A stretch of 11,901 nucleotides of DNA from an uncultured Acidobacteriota bacterium (GTDB lineage: Bacteria > Acidobacteriota > Thermoanaerobaculia > Gp7-AA8): positions 1-11,901 of the forward strand of contig CAVUKB010000014.1 in the NCBI GenBank assembly GCA_963741955.1. The letters are read 5' to 3'. A program made the position numbers and the translations under genes. Below the pieces are notes generated by a model, which saw nothing but the letters and a program-made list of their open reading frames with translations, did not search any database and had not been told where the DNA came from. Positions 1 to 6,976 of this stretch are shown here, piece by piece; the first letter of the stretch is position 1, and each line of letters opens with the position of its first letter.

Positions 1-5
1 TTTTC

Positions 6-443
6 ATGCTCGACGTGGCGCTCCCGACGGCGCACCTCCAGCCCGGACTCTTCACGGGATTTCGTCGTCATGCGCCCTCTCAGGTGCTGCACTGGGCGGT
101 CGACTCCCTTGCGAAAGCCGGGACACTCTCGATCATCGGCGTCTACTCGGAGAAACCCGAATCGTTTCCGATCGGAAAAGCGATGAACCGGAATCTCACT
201 CTTCAGATGGGCAATTGCAACCATCGGAAGTACATCCCGATGCTGCTGGATCTGGTGCAGAGTGGCGCGGTCCGGCCCCACCGCATCCTCACCCGGCACG
301 CTCCGATCGCATCGATCATCGACGCATACGAGCATTTCGACCAGAGCGAGGCGGGATGGCTCGAGGTCGCGATCGAACCAGCTGCGACGCGCCGGCCGGA
401 ACGCGGCGAAGCGGTTCGGGAGGAGCGGCCTGAAACCCGCTGA
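6..443 (+). CDS. C-terminal fragment of a Zn-dependent alcohol dehydrogenase (MDR superfamily, formaldehyde dehydrogenase-like); partial or possibly a truncated remnant
   Basis: From ~nt 72 the ORF reads APSQVLHWAVDSLAKAGTLSIIGVY...FPIGKAMNRNLTLQMGNCNHRKYIPMLLDLVQSG...AYEHFD...GWLEVAIEP, typical of the C-terminus of FDH-like MDR enzymes. The first ~22 residues do not look homologous, and no catalytic Zn domain is in the window. Confidence 0.75.
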   Translation: MLDVALPTAHLQPGLFTGFRRHAPSQVLHWAVDSLAKAGTLSIIGVYSEKPESFPIGKAMNRNLTLQMGNCNHRKYIPMLLDLVQSGAVRPHRILTRHAPIASIIDAYEHFDQSEAGWLEVAIEPAATRRPERGEAVREERPETR

Positions 444-557
444 AGCGCTTTTCAACAGAGATTGGGGAGGTCCAGAGACTACGCCGTCTCGAGATTCGAC
501 ACTCCTCCGAATCCTGGGGGAAGAACGCGCACTCGCGGGCTGGTGCGCGAATTCTCC

Positions 558-947
558 TCAGCAGGTCCCGTGAGCGAGGAGCGCCACGTGCTTCCCTTCA
601 CCCAGAAGATCGCTGAACGTCCGGCAGGCCTGAGGAGTCCGCTCGAGACGGACGTCCGCGATGCCGTGATTCCGCAACTCCTGGATGACACTCTCCGGGC
701 ACTCGATCGCCCCATAGACACCGACTCCGATCACCAGGGTGTCGATCCCGTGATCGTAAACGGCGGCGAGCATCGACGGATTCAGCGAATGCCCCTTCCT
801 CTCCTGCCACTCCGAGACCTCGTGCTCGATGACCCGGATGTCCTTCCCCGCCCCGGTCTTCCCCTCCGGAGTTCGGGCATGTGTCTGGCCGAAGATGTTG
901 AAGGTGCCCCAGTCGACCCATTCGACGCTCTCGGGAGTTCTTGCCAT
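558..947 (-). CDS. Mth938/AAMDC-like domain protein (129 aa)
   Basis: ATG at 947 with an AGGAGGAG RBS just upstream. Motifs WG.F, GKD, W...GH.L, IDTLVIGVG..GAI, TPQAC..F..L and C-terminal ALLAHGTC match Mth938-like proteins ending in H(S/G)TC. Confidence 0.8.
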   Translation of the reverse strand: MARTPESVEWVDWGTFNIFGQTHARTPEGKTGAGKDIRVIEHEVSEWQERKGHSLNPSMLAAVYDHGIDTLVIGVGVYGAIECPESVIQELRNHGIADVRLERTPQACRTFSDLLGEGKHVALLAHGTC

Positions 948-1059
948 TGAGTCTCCTCCTGTGCAAACCGAGCCGTGAGTGCTGAAACGGCTCCTGATTT
1001 GAAGATCGCTCCGAAACGAGGGGCGTGCAAGAGTCGTGCGGCGAATGCGGAAAGGCGCC

Positions 1060-1127
1060 TGTCGCGTCAAATTAAAATCTGACTTTAGGGGGGATCGTCG
1101 CGTCAGATTGGATCTGACCGAAGGGGG
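1060..1127 (+). repeat. Left terminal region of the IS, with two tandem copies of the end motif
   Basis: TGTCGCGTCAAATTAAAATCTGAC followed by ATCGTCGCGTCAGATTGGATCTGACCGAAGGGG; inverted counterpart at 2403-2464. Confidence 0.8.
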
Positions 1128-1143
1128 TCGTTGGTTTGGCTTC

Positions 1144-2376
1144 TTAGACGCTGGCATCGGTGGACCTCGGGGTGGTGGCGTCCTCCCCCTCGAGGGGGAG
1201 GATCGAGGAGGGGGTGCGACGGTTCAGAGAGCGTGCTCGCGTCGAGCTTTTTCCGTTGAGGTGGTGAACGCGGGCGAGCTTTCGTTCGATGATGTCGGAT
1301 AGTTCGAAGGGGTTGAGCGTCGCACGGAGCGCAGCGAGACGGGCGAGCTCGGGAGAACGCGGATTGTCGGCGAGGAGGCGATCGAGGGGCGTGCGGGGCG
1401 CATCGTAGACGCGCCGTGTACGAGAGCCGATTCGTTCCTTCCGGATGAGCTTCACCGAGGGCTGAAACAGGTTCATCATCAGCCGCCACTCCTTCGCATA
1501 GAGATCGTTCAACGCGTCCACGGCCGCACGGGTATCGATCCGCTCCCAGCCTACGAGCCGTCGGACGTGGGTCCAGTTCTTCTGCTCGATGTGCGCGTTG
1601 TCGTCTTTCTTGTACGGCCGTCCCCGGGTGAACTGAACCTTGTTGCGGAGGCAGTACCGATAGAGATGACCGTTGATGAACTCACTGCCGTTGTCAGAGT
1701 CGATTCCGAGAAGACGGAAGGGCAGTGCAACCCGGATCCATTCGATCGCCGCGACGATACCGGTCTGGGCTTTACTCAGAACCGCCCGGGTCTCGGTCCA
1801 TGTCGAGTGGATGTCGGTGAAGTTCAGTGAGTGGGCGAACTCGCCATCGGCACACGGCCCGGAGTGCGACACCAGATCGATCTCACACCAGCCGGGATCC
1901 TGGACATCCCACCGATCGGTGCGGATCGGGATGTGATGCTTGAGAAGCGTGCCGGGCTTGGTTCGACCGTAGAGCTTCCGCCGATCCGCCGTCCGCCGCT
2001 CTCGCAGGTAGCGGTCGATCGATCGTGGGCTGATCTCGAGCACGGCCTGCTCGACCTCTGAGGATAGATTCTTCACGTACGGCAGCCACAACCGGAGCAT
2101 CGATTTGAGCCTCACCGACCATGGATAATCGGCCGCTTCCCAGATGCCCTCGAGCACGTCGATCACCGCGGCCGAATACTTCTTCTTCCGTCCAGGTCGT
2201 CCCCGCCTCCGGCCGTTCTTCTCAGGCGGGTTGCGGAGCAATGAGATCGCATACTTGCGGTTCAGCCCCGCTGCCATGCAGAACGCGTCGAGGATCATCG
2301 CTTTCTCCTTCCGCCCTGCCTTCCGGTATCGTTCCGAGAGTCGCCGTGCCTGTTCGTGTCGATCTTTCGCCTTCAT
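1144..2376 (-). CDS. DDE-type transposase/integrase (rve core), 410 aa
   Basis: ATG at 2376 after a GGGGAGGG RBS. N-terminal RYRKAGRKEKAMILDAFC..AGLNRKYAISLL HTH region, then EIDLVSH (D), DSDNGSEFIN (D), TRGRPYKKDDNAHIEQKN (E), and YDAPRTPLDRL. The upstream extension to 2643 in the ORF track crosses the element end and is not credible. Confidence 0.9.
   Translation of the reverse strand: MKAKDRHEQARRLSERYRKAGRKEKAMILDAFCMAAGLNRKYAISLLRNPPEKNGRRRGRPGRKKKYSAAVIDVLEGIWEAADYPWSVRLKSMLRLWLPYVKNLSSEVEQAVLEISPRSIDRYLRERRTADRRKLYGRTKPGTLLKHHIPIRTDRWDVQDPGWCEIDLVSHSGPCADGEFAHSLNFTDIHSTWTETRAVLSKAQTGIVAAIEWIRVALPFRLLGIDSDNGSEFINGHLYRYCLRNKVQFTRGRPYKKDDNAHIEQKNWTHVRRLVGWERIDTRAAVDALNDLYAKEWRLMMNLFQPSVKLIRKERIGSRTRRVYDAPRTPLDRLLADNPRSPELARLAALRATLNPFELSDIIERKLARVHHLNGKSSTRARSLNRRTPSSILPLEGEDATTPRSTDASV
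1181..1215. repeat. REP-like palindromic element inside the 3' end of the transposase gene
   Basis: Perfect 22-bp palindrome TCCTCCCCCTCGAGGGGGAGGA at 1181-1202, followed by the G-rich tail TCGAGGAGGGGGT. Confidence 0.6.
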
Positions 2377-2402
2377 CGCACCCTCCCCCGCAGAGGATGC
2401 CC

Positions 2403-2464
2403 CGGTCAGATTCTTTTTGGCGCGACGATTCTCCCTTCGGTCAGATTTAGTTTGGCGCGATACG
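2403..2464 (-). repeat. Right terminal region of the IS, with two tandem copies of the end motif
   Basis: Reverse complement reads CGTATCGCGCCAAACTAAATCTGACCGAAGGGAGAATCGTCGCGCCAAAAAGAATCTGACCG and aligns with 1060-1120. Confidence 0.8.
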
Positions 2465-2492
2465 AGGCGCTCGCCTTTCCCGCCGCCGTCCG

Positions 2493-2498
2493 TATAAT
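2493..2498 (+). promoter_or_regulatory. Candidate sigma70 -10 element for the dehydrogenase/lipoate operon
   Basis: Perfect TATAAT in very GC-rich intergenic DNA, ~240 bp upstream of E1-alpha; the -35 match (CTCGCC/TCGCCT) is weak. Confidence 0.5.
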
Positions 2499-2738
2499 GT
2501 CGCGTCGAGCTCGTCCCGGAGGCGTTCGGGGCGGGCTGGATAGTTCGCAACCTCCGGTCCCGGGCGAGTCGAATGGATCGGAGCAGCGACGTCCCGGTCG
2601 TCTGACCGACGATCGTGCCGGTGATCCACCGGCGAGCACGCATCGTGAATCGTCAGCAGGAAGGCTCCCGGGCACCAACCGGATTCAGGTGGAGAGATCG
2701 GGAGGCGAACGCCCGTCCGGGCCGCCGGAGGAACCACA

Positions 2739-3782
2739 TTGACCGAACAGGCAGCGAACGCAGCAGAGATCGGCCTCCCGCGGGAGGCACTCCTCGAAAT
2801 GGATTACTACATGAGGATGACGCGCTCGCTCGAAGAGCGGATCGTCATCCTTTTCAGGCAATCGAAGGTGATCGGCGGCATCTACCGCTCACTCGGACAG
2901 GAAGGTGAAGCGGTCGCGGCGGCATACGCGCTCGATTTCGCCCGCGGCGACGTCGTCTCTCCTCTGATCCGGAACATGGGAGCGATGCTCGTGGCGGGCG
3001 CGAAACCGCTGGAGATCCTCCGTCAGTACATGGCGAAGGGAAACGCGCCTTCCCGCGGCCGCGATCTCAATATCCACTTCACCGATCTGGACCGCGGCTT
3101 CGTCGGCCCGATCTCGATGCTCGGCGACATGGTCTCGGTGATCTCCGGCGTGGTGCTCGCCCGTCGGATGCAGAAGCGCGACAGCGTGGGCATGGTGTTC
3201 ATCGGAGACGGCGCCTCTTCGACCGGAGCGTTCGCCGAAGGGATGAACTTCGCCGCGGTGAAGAAACTCCCTCTGGTCGTGGTGATCGAAGACAACGGAT
3301 ACGCCTACTCGACACCGACCTCACGACAGACCGCCGCGCGAACCCTCGCGGACAAGGCCATGGCGTACGGCTGTTTCGGCGAGACGGTGGATGGCAACGA
3401 CCCAATCGCCGTCCACCGCGCCGCCCGTGCCGCGGTGGATCGCGCCCGGCGTGGTGAAGGTGTGACCCTCCTCGAAGTGAAGACCTTCCGCATGCGCGGT
3501 CACGCGGAGCACGACAATCAGGCCTACGTCCCGAAAGAGCTGATCGAGGAATGGAAGAAGAAGGATCCGATCGACCGCTTCGAGCGCTTCCTCCTCGATT
3601 CCGGAACGGCGTCCGAGGACGATCTCGAGCAGATCCGCGTGAGAATCCGTGCGGAGCTCGATCACGCGGTGCAGGAAGCGGAGGCGTCGCCGATGCCCCT
3701 TCCGGAGGAAGCGCAGTACGGCGTGTGGCACGGCGATGGTTTCTGGGAGAACCCGCCTCTCTGCGAGGGAGGTGAGCGATGA
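2739..3782 (+). CDS. pdhA: 2-oxoacid (pyruvate/branched-chain) dehydrogenase E1 alpha subunit, ThDP-dependent
   Basis: TTG start with a GGAGG RBS; GQEG motif, ThDP-binding GDGA...GMNFAAV..LP...EDNGYA, VDGND, and FRMRGHAEHD. Substrate specificity (pdhA vs bkdA1) cannot be determined by eye. Confidence 0.9.
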   Translation: MTEQAANAAEIGLPREALLEMDYYMRMTRSLEERIVILFRQSKVIGGIYRSLGQEGEAVAAAYALDFARGDVVSPLIRNMGAMLVAGAKPLEILRQYMAKGNAPSRGRDLNIHFTDLDRGFVGPISMLGDMVSVISGVVLARRMQKRDSVGMVFIGDGASSTGAFAEGMNFAAVKKLPLVVVIEDNGYAYSTPTSRQTAARTLADKAMAYGCFGETVDGNDPIAVHRAARAAVDRARRGEGVTLLEVKTFRMRGHAEHDNQAYVPKELIEEWKKKDPIDRFERFLLDSGTASEDDLEQIRVRIRAELDHAVQEAEASPMPLPEEAQYGVWHGDGFWENPPLCEGGER

Positions 3783-4777
3783 CCGCCGAAGCTCCGAAAG
3801 CGGGTGGCGAGACTTCTTACGTCGAAGCGATCCGTCAGGCGATGTGGGAAGAGATGGAACGCGACGAGCGCGTCTTCCTCATCGGCGAGGACGTCGGAAT
3901 CTACGGAGGCGCCTTCAAGACCAGCGCCGGACTTCTCGACCGCTTCGGCGAGGAGAGAGTGATCGACACGCCGATCTCGGAGACCGCGATCGTCGGCGCG
4001 GCCGCAGGAGCCGCGATGGCCGGGATGCGGCCCATCGCCGAGATGCAGTTCATCGACTTCATCTCCGTCGCATTCGACCAGCTGACCAACTTCGCCTCGA
4101 AGCTGCGATACCGCAACGGCTACGGCTGTCCTCTCGTCGTGCGCGGCCCTTCGGGTGGCGGCGTCCACGGCGGACCGTTCCACTCCGGCAATCCGGAAGC
4201 TTTCTTCTTCAACACCCCGGGGCTGAAGATCGTCGCGCCGGGAACGGCGCGTGACGCCAAGGGACTGCTGAAAGCGGCGATCCGCGACGAGGATCCCGTG
4301 ATCTACCTCGAGCACAAATTCCTCTACCGCCGGATCAAAGAAGAGCTCCCGGCGGACGACTTCGTCGTGCCGATCGGAAAGGCCAACGTTCGTCGTGAAG
4401 GAAAGGACCTCACCATTCTCACCTGGGGAGCGATGAACTACGTGGCGGACGAGGCGGCGGACGAGCTCGCGAAAGATGGGGTTTCCGTGGAGATCGTCGA
4501 TCTCCGGTCGATCCGTCCGTTCGACGAGGAGACGATCCTCGCGTCGGTGGCGAAGACCAACCGCGCGATCATTCTCCACGAAGCGCCGCTCACGGGCGGA
4601 GCAGGGGGCGAGTTCGCAGCACGGATCGCGGAGAAGGCATTCGAATACCTCGACGCACCGATCCGCCGCGTCGCGTCGAACGACACGCCTCCTCCCTATT
4701 CACCGCCGCTCGAGGAGTTCTTCCTCCCGAACAGGGAGAAGCTCCTTGCGGTTGCGAAGGAGCTGTTGCGCTACTGA
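3779..4777 (+). CDS. pdhB: 2-oxoacid dehydrogenase E1 beta subunit
   Basis: ATGA overlap with E1-alpha; GEDVG..GG.FK, RVIDTPISE, RPIAEMQFIDF, GGPFHS, PGLKIVAP, DPVIYLEHK, VDLRSI.PFD, LDAPIRRV. Confidence 0.93.
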   Translation: MTAEAPKAGGETSYVEAIRQAMWEEMERDERVFLIGEDVGIYGGAFKTSAGLLDRFGEERVIDTPISETAIVGAAAGAAMAGMRPIAEMQFIDFISVAFDQLTNFASKLRYRNGYGCPLVVRGPSGGGVHGGPFHSGNPEAFFFNTPGLKIVAPGTARDAKGLLKAAIRDEDPVIYLEHKFLYRRIKEELPADDFVVPIGKANVRREGKDLTILTWGAMNYVADEAADELAKDGVSVEIVDLRSIRPFDEETILASVAKTNRAIILHEAPLTGGAGGEFAARIAEKAFEYLDAPIRRVASNDTPPPYSPPLEEFFLPNREKLLAVAKELLRY

Positions 4778-4797
4778 TGGGAACGCCGTGTGCAAAG

Positions 4798-4826
4798 TTG
4801 ACACGCGACCCCGGAAGCGGAAGGAT
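4798..4826 (+). promoter_or_regulatory. Possible internal promoter upstream of E2
   Basis: Perfect TTGACA at 4798-4803 in the 120-bp gap between E1-beta and E2; the -10 at 17-bp spacing (AAGGAT) is poor. Confidence 0.25.
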
Positions 4827-4897
4827 TGAATCTCGCGCTCGCGTGAAGGGCGTCTGCGCGTGAAGAGAAATCGAGCGAACGAAGGACGAAGCGAGAC

Positions 4898-6268
4898 ATG
4901 GCTACCGATGTCGTAATGCCACAGATGGGCGAGTCGATCGCCGAGGGAACGATCTCCCGCTGGATCAAGAAGCCGGGAGAGAAGGTGGAACGGGACGAAC
5001 CGATTCTCGAGATCTCGACCGACAAGGTCGACGCGGAGATTCCGGCGCCGGTCTCGGGGACGCTCACCGAGGTCCTGGCGAACGAAGGGGACACCGTCCC
5101 GGTCAACAGCGTGATCGCGAGAATCGCGGCGGAAGGAGAAGCCGCACCGCCCCCGCAGGCCGCACCGGCACCGAAGCCGGAGGCGACGCACCCCTCTGAA
5201 CCCGCCGAGCAGCCCCAGGCTGCGGCGCCGCAGCCGAAGCCGTCCGCTCCGGAACCGGCAGCTGCACCACAGCCGGCGCCGCAGGCCTCGCCGGCGCCGC
5301 AGGCCGAGGAGAACGTCACGTCCCTCGAGGAACGGCGCCGCACCAGGTCCTCTCCGCTGGTCCGGAAGATCGCACGCGAGAACGACATCGACATCTCGCA
5401 GATCGAAGGGAGCGGCGTCTCGGGAAGAGTGACGAAAGACGACATCCTCGAGTACATGGAGCGGCCGCGAGCAGCAGCGTCCGTACAGCCGGCTCCGCAA
5501 CCGCGACCCTCCTCTCCTCCCGCCGCGCCGCAGCGAGAGCCGGGGCAGCCATCCGCGTCTCCCGGGGGCGAGAACATCCGGATCGAGCCGATGTCCGTCA
5601 TGCGCAAGAAGATCGCCGATCACATGGTCTTCTCCAAACGGACCTCCGCACACGTCAGTACCGTGTTCGAGGTCGACTTCACCGCGATCGACCGACTGCG
5701 CAAACAGCACAAGGCTTCCTATGCGGAGCGAGGCGTCAGCCTGACCTACATGGCGTTCATCATCCAGGCGGTGATCACGGCATTGCGCGAGTTCCCCATC
5801 ATCAACTCGTCGATCGACGGCGACAACATCATCTATAAAGACGATCTGAACATCGGCATCGCCGTCGCGCTCGATTGGGGACTGATCGTTCCCGTCCTCA
5901 AGCGCGCCGACGAGAAGAACATCCTCGGGATCGCGCGCTCGATCAGCGAGCTCGCCGAACGCGCCCGCACCAAGAAGCTCAATCCGGAGGACGTACAGGG
6001 CGGGACATTCACGATTACCAATCCCGGCGTCTACGGCGGTCTCTTCGGACTTCCGATCATCAACCAGCCGCAGGTCGCGATTCTCGGAGTCGGAGGAGTG
6101 AAGAAGCGTCCGGTGGTGGTGGAGACGGAGGCCGGCGACGCGATCGTGGTCCGCTCCATGTGCTATCTCTCGCTCACCTTCGATCATCGAATCATCGACG
6201 GCGCGGTGGCGGACCAGTTCATGGCCAGAGTGCGGTCCATCATCGAGGCGGGGCAGTACAGTCTGTAA
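4898..6268 (+). CDS. Dihydrolipoamide acyltransferase (E2) with one lipoyl domain
   Basis: Lipoyl domain MPQMGESIAEGTI..W...EISTDKVDAE (lipoyl-Lys), Pro/Ala/Gln linker, E3-binding domain SSPLVRKIARE...GSGVSGRVTKDD, and catalytic GGTFTITNPG and DHRIIDG. Confidence 0.95.
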   Translation: MATDVVMPQMGESIAEGTISRWIKKPGEKVERDEPILEISTDKVDAEIPAPVSGTLTEVLANEGDTVPVNSVIARIAAEGEAAPPPQAAPAPKPEATHPSEPAEQPQAAAPQPKPSAPEPAAAPQPAPQASPAPQAEENVTSLEERRRTRSSPLVRKIARENDIDISQIEGSGVSGRVTKDDILEYMERPRAAASVQPAPQPRPSSPPAAPQREPGQPSASPGGENIRIEPMSVMRKKIADHMVFSKRTSAHVSTVFEVDFTAIDRLRKQHKASYAERGVSLTYMAFIIQAVITALREFPIINSSIDGDNIIYKDDLNIGIAVALDWGLIVPVLKRADEKNILGIARSISELAERARTKKLNPEDVQGGTFTITNPGVYGGLFGLPIINQPQVAILGVGGVKKRPVVVETEAGDAIVVRSMCYLSLTFDHRIIDGAVADQFMARVRSIIEAGQYSL

Positions 6269-6328
6269 CGGCCCCACTCGCGCGGAGACGGTACGACACT
6301 GAGCTCCATCCTTGTAATCATCTTCCTG

Positions 6329-6976
6329 GTGGTCCTCGCGATCGTCGTCCCGGCGCTCGCGTGGATGAGCCGCCGCGCTCTCGAGAGCGGAGCTCGGATC
6401 CCACGACTCCCACTCTACGCGGAGGTGGTCGTCCTCCAGCTTCTCCTCTTCGGGCTCGCGATGCTGGTGGCATGGAGCGGACGATTCTCGATCTTCAGCC
6501 GCCGGCTTCCGACTCTCGATGGGTGGGCCGCCGGCGCGATCCTCCTCCTGATTGCCACCGTTGCGATGTTGCTGAACCTCCGGTTCGGAACCGCCGATCA
6601 CGACGATCCTCTCTACCGCATCGCTCCCGAATCGATGATCGAGAAGCTCGCATGGATCGGAGTCTCGTGCGTCGCCGGAGTCAGCGAGGAGGTGATTTAC
6701 CGCGGAGCCGCGTACGTGGTGATCCAGCGCCTGGTCCACGGGATCTGGCCTCCCATCCTGATCGCATCCGTCCTCTTCGGGATGGCGCATCTGACTCAGG
6801 GCATCCGCCGCAGCGCACTGGTCGCCCTCTTCGGATTCGGCTTCCACCTCGTCGTCCTCTACTCCGGAAGCCTCTACCCCGCTTTCGTCGTTCATGCTTT
6901 GTATGACATCCTCGCAGGGCTGGCGCTCGCCCGCGACCGCCGCCGGAGGAACTGGACCGAACATGCGACTCTGTGA
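6329..6976 (+). CDS. CPBP (Abi/CAAX protease-like) intramembrane glutamic endopeptidase; true start may be further upstream (CTG at 6299)
   Basis: Multiple hydrophobic helices with EEVIYRG (EExxxR), FGMAH (FxxxH) and HALYD (HxxxB) motifs. Confidence 0.85.
   Translation: MVLAIVVPALAWMSRRALESGARIPRLPLYAEVVVLQLLLFGLAMLVAWSGRFSIFSRRLPTLDGWAAGAILLLIATVAMLLNLRFGTADHDDPLYRIAPESMIEKLAWIGVSCVAGVSEEVIYRGAAYVVIQRLVHGIWPPILIASVLFGMAHLTQGIRRSALVALFGFGFHLVVLYSGSLYPAFVVHALYDILAGLALARDRRRRNWTEHATL

Larger units (their letters stand above)
1059..2464 (-). mobile_element. Insertion sequence (~1.4 kb) with an integrase-core DDE transposase; family unassigned (ISNCY/IS481-related type)
   Basis: A single transposase ORF is flanked by imperfect inverted ends, each with two copies of TCGCG(T/C)CA(A/G)A-N4-5-ATCTGAC. 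AGGCGC occurs at 1053-1058 and 2465-2470 as a candidate 6-bp target duplication. Exact ends are uncertain by a few bp. Confidence 0.8.

Noticed and set aside
948-1157. N-terminal extension of the Mth938-like ORF to 199 aa
   Set aside because: It lies across the IS left end; a strong RBS precedes ATG 947.
2487-2515. dif/Xer site next to the IS (CCGTATAATGT resembles a XerC arm)
   Set aside because: No TTATGTTAAAT-like XerD arm follows; better explained as a -10 box.
2377-2643. N-terminal extension of the transposase to 499 aa
   Set aside because: It runs through the terminal repeats and out of the element; the RBS and family-like sequence begin at ATG 2376.
2505-2738. TPP riboswitch or SRP RNA in the leader
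   Set aside because: The diagnostic motifs (CUGAGA and CCUGAU...AGCG for TPP; the CAGG-GRAA-AGCAG helix for SRP) are not present in the right arrangement.
2356-2742. Leader ORF ending in a TTGA overlap with E1-alpha
   Set aside because: Low-complexity R/G/P/S composition; it starts inside the IS or on the -10 box and has no RBS.
5140-5310. Short imperfect repeats in the E2 gene
   Set aside because: Ordinary Pro/Ala/Gln-rich flexible linker of E2 subunits.
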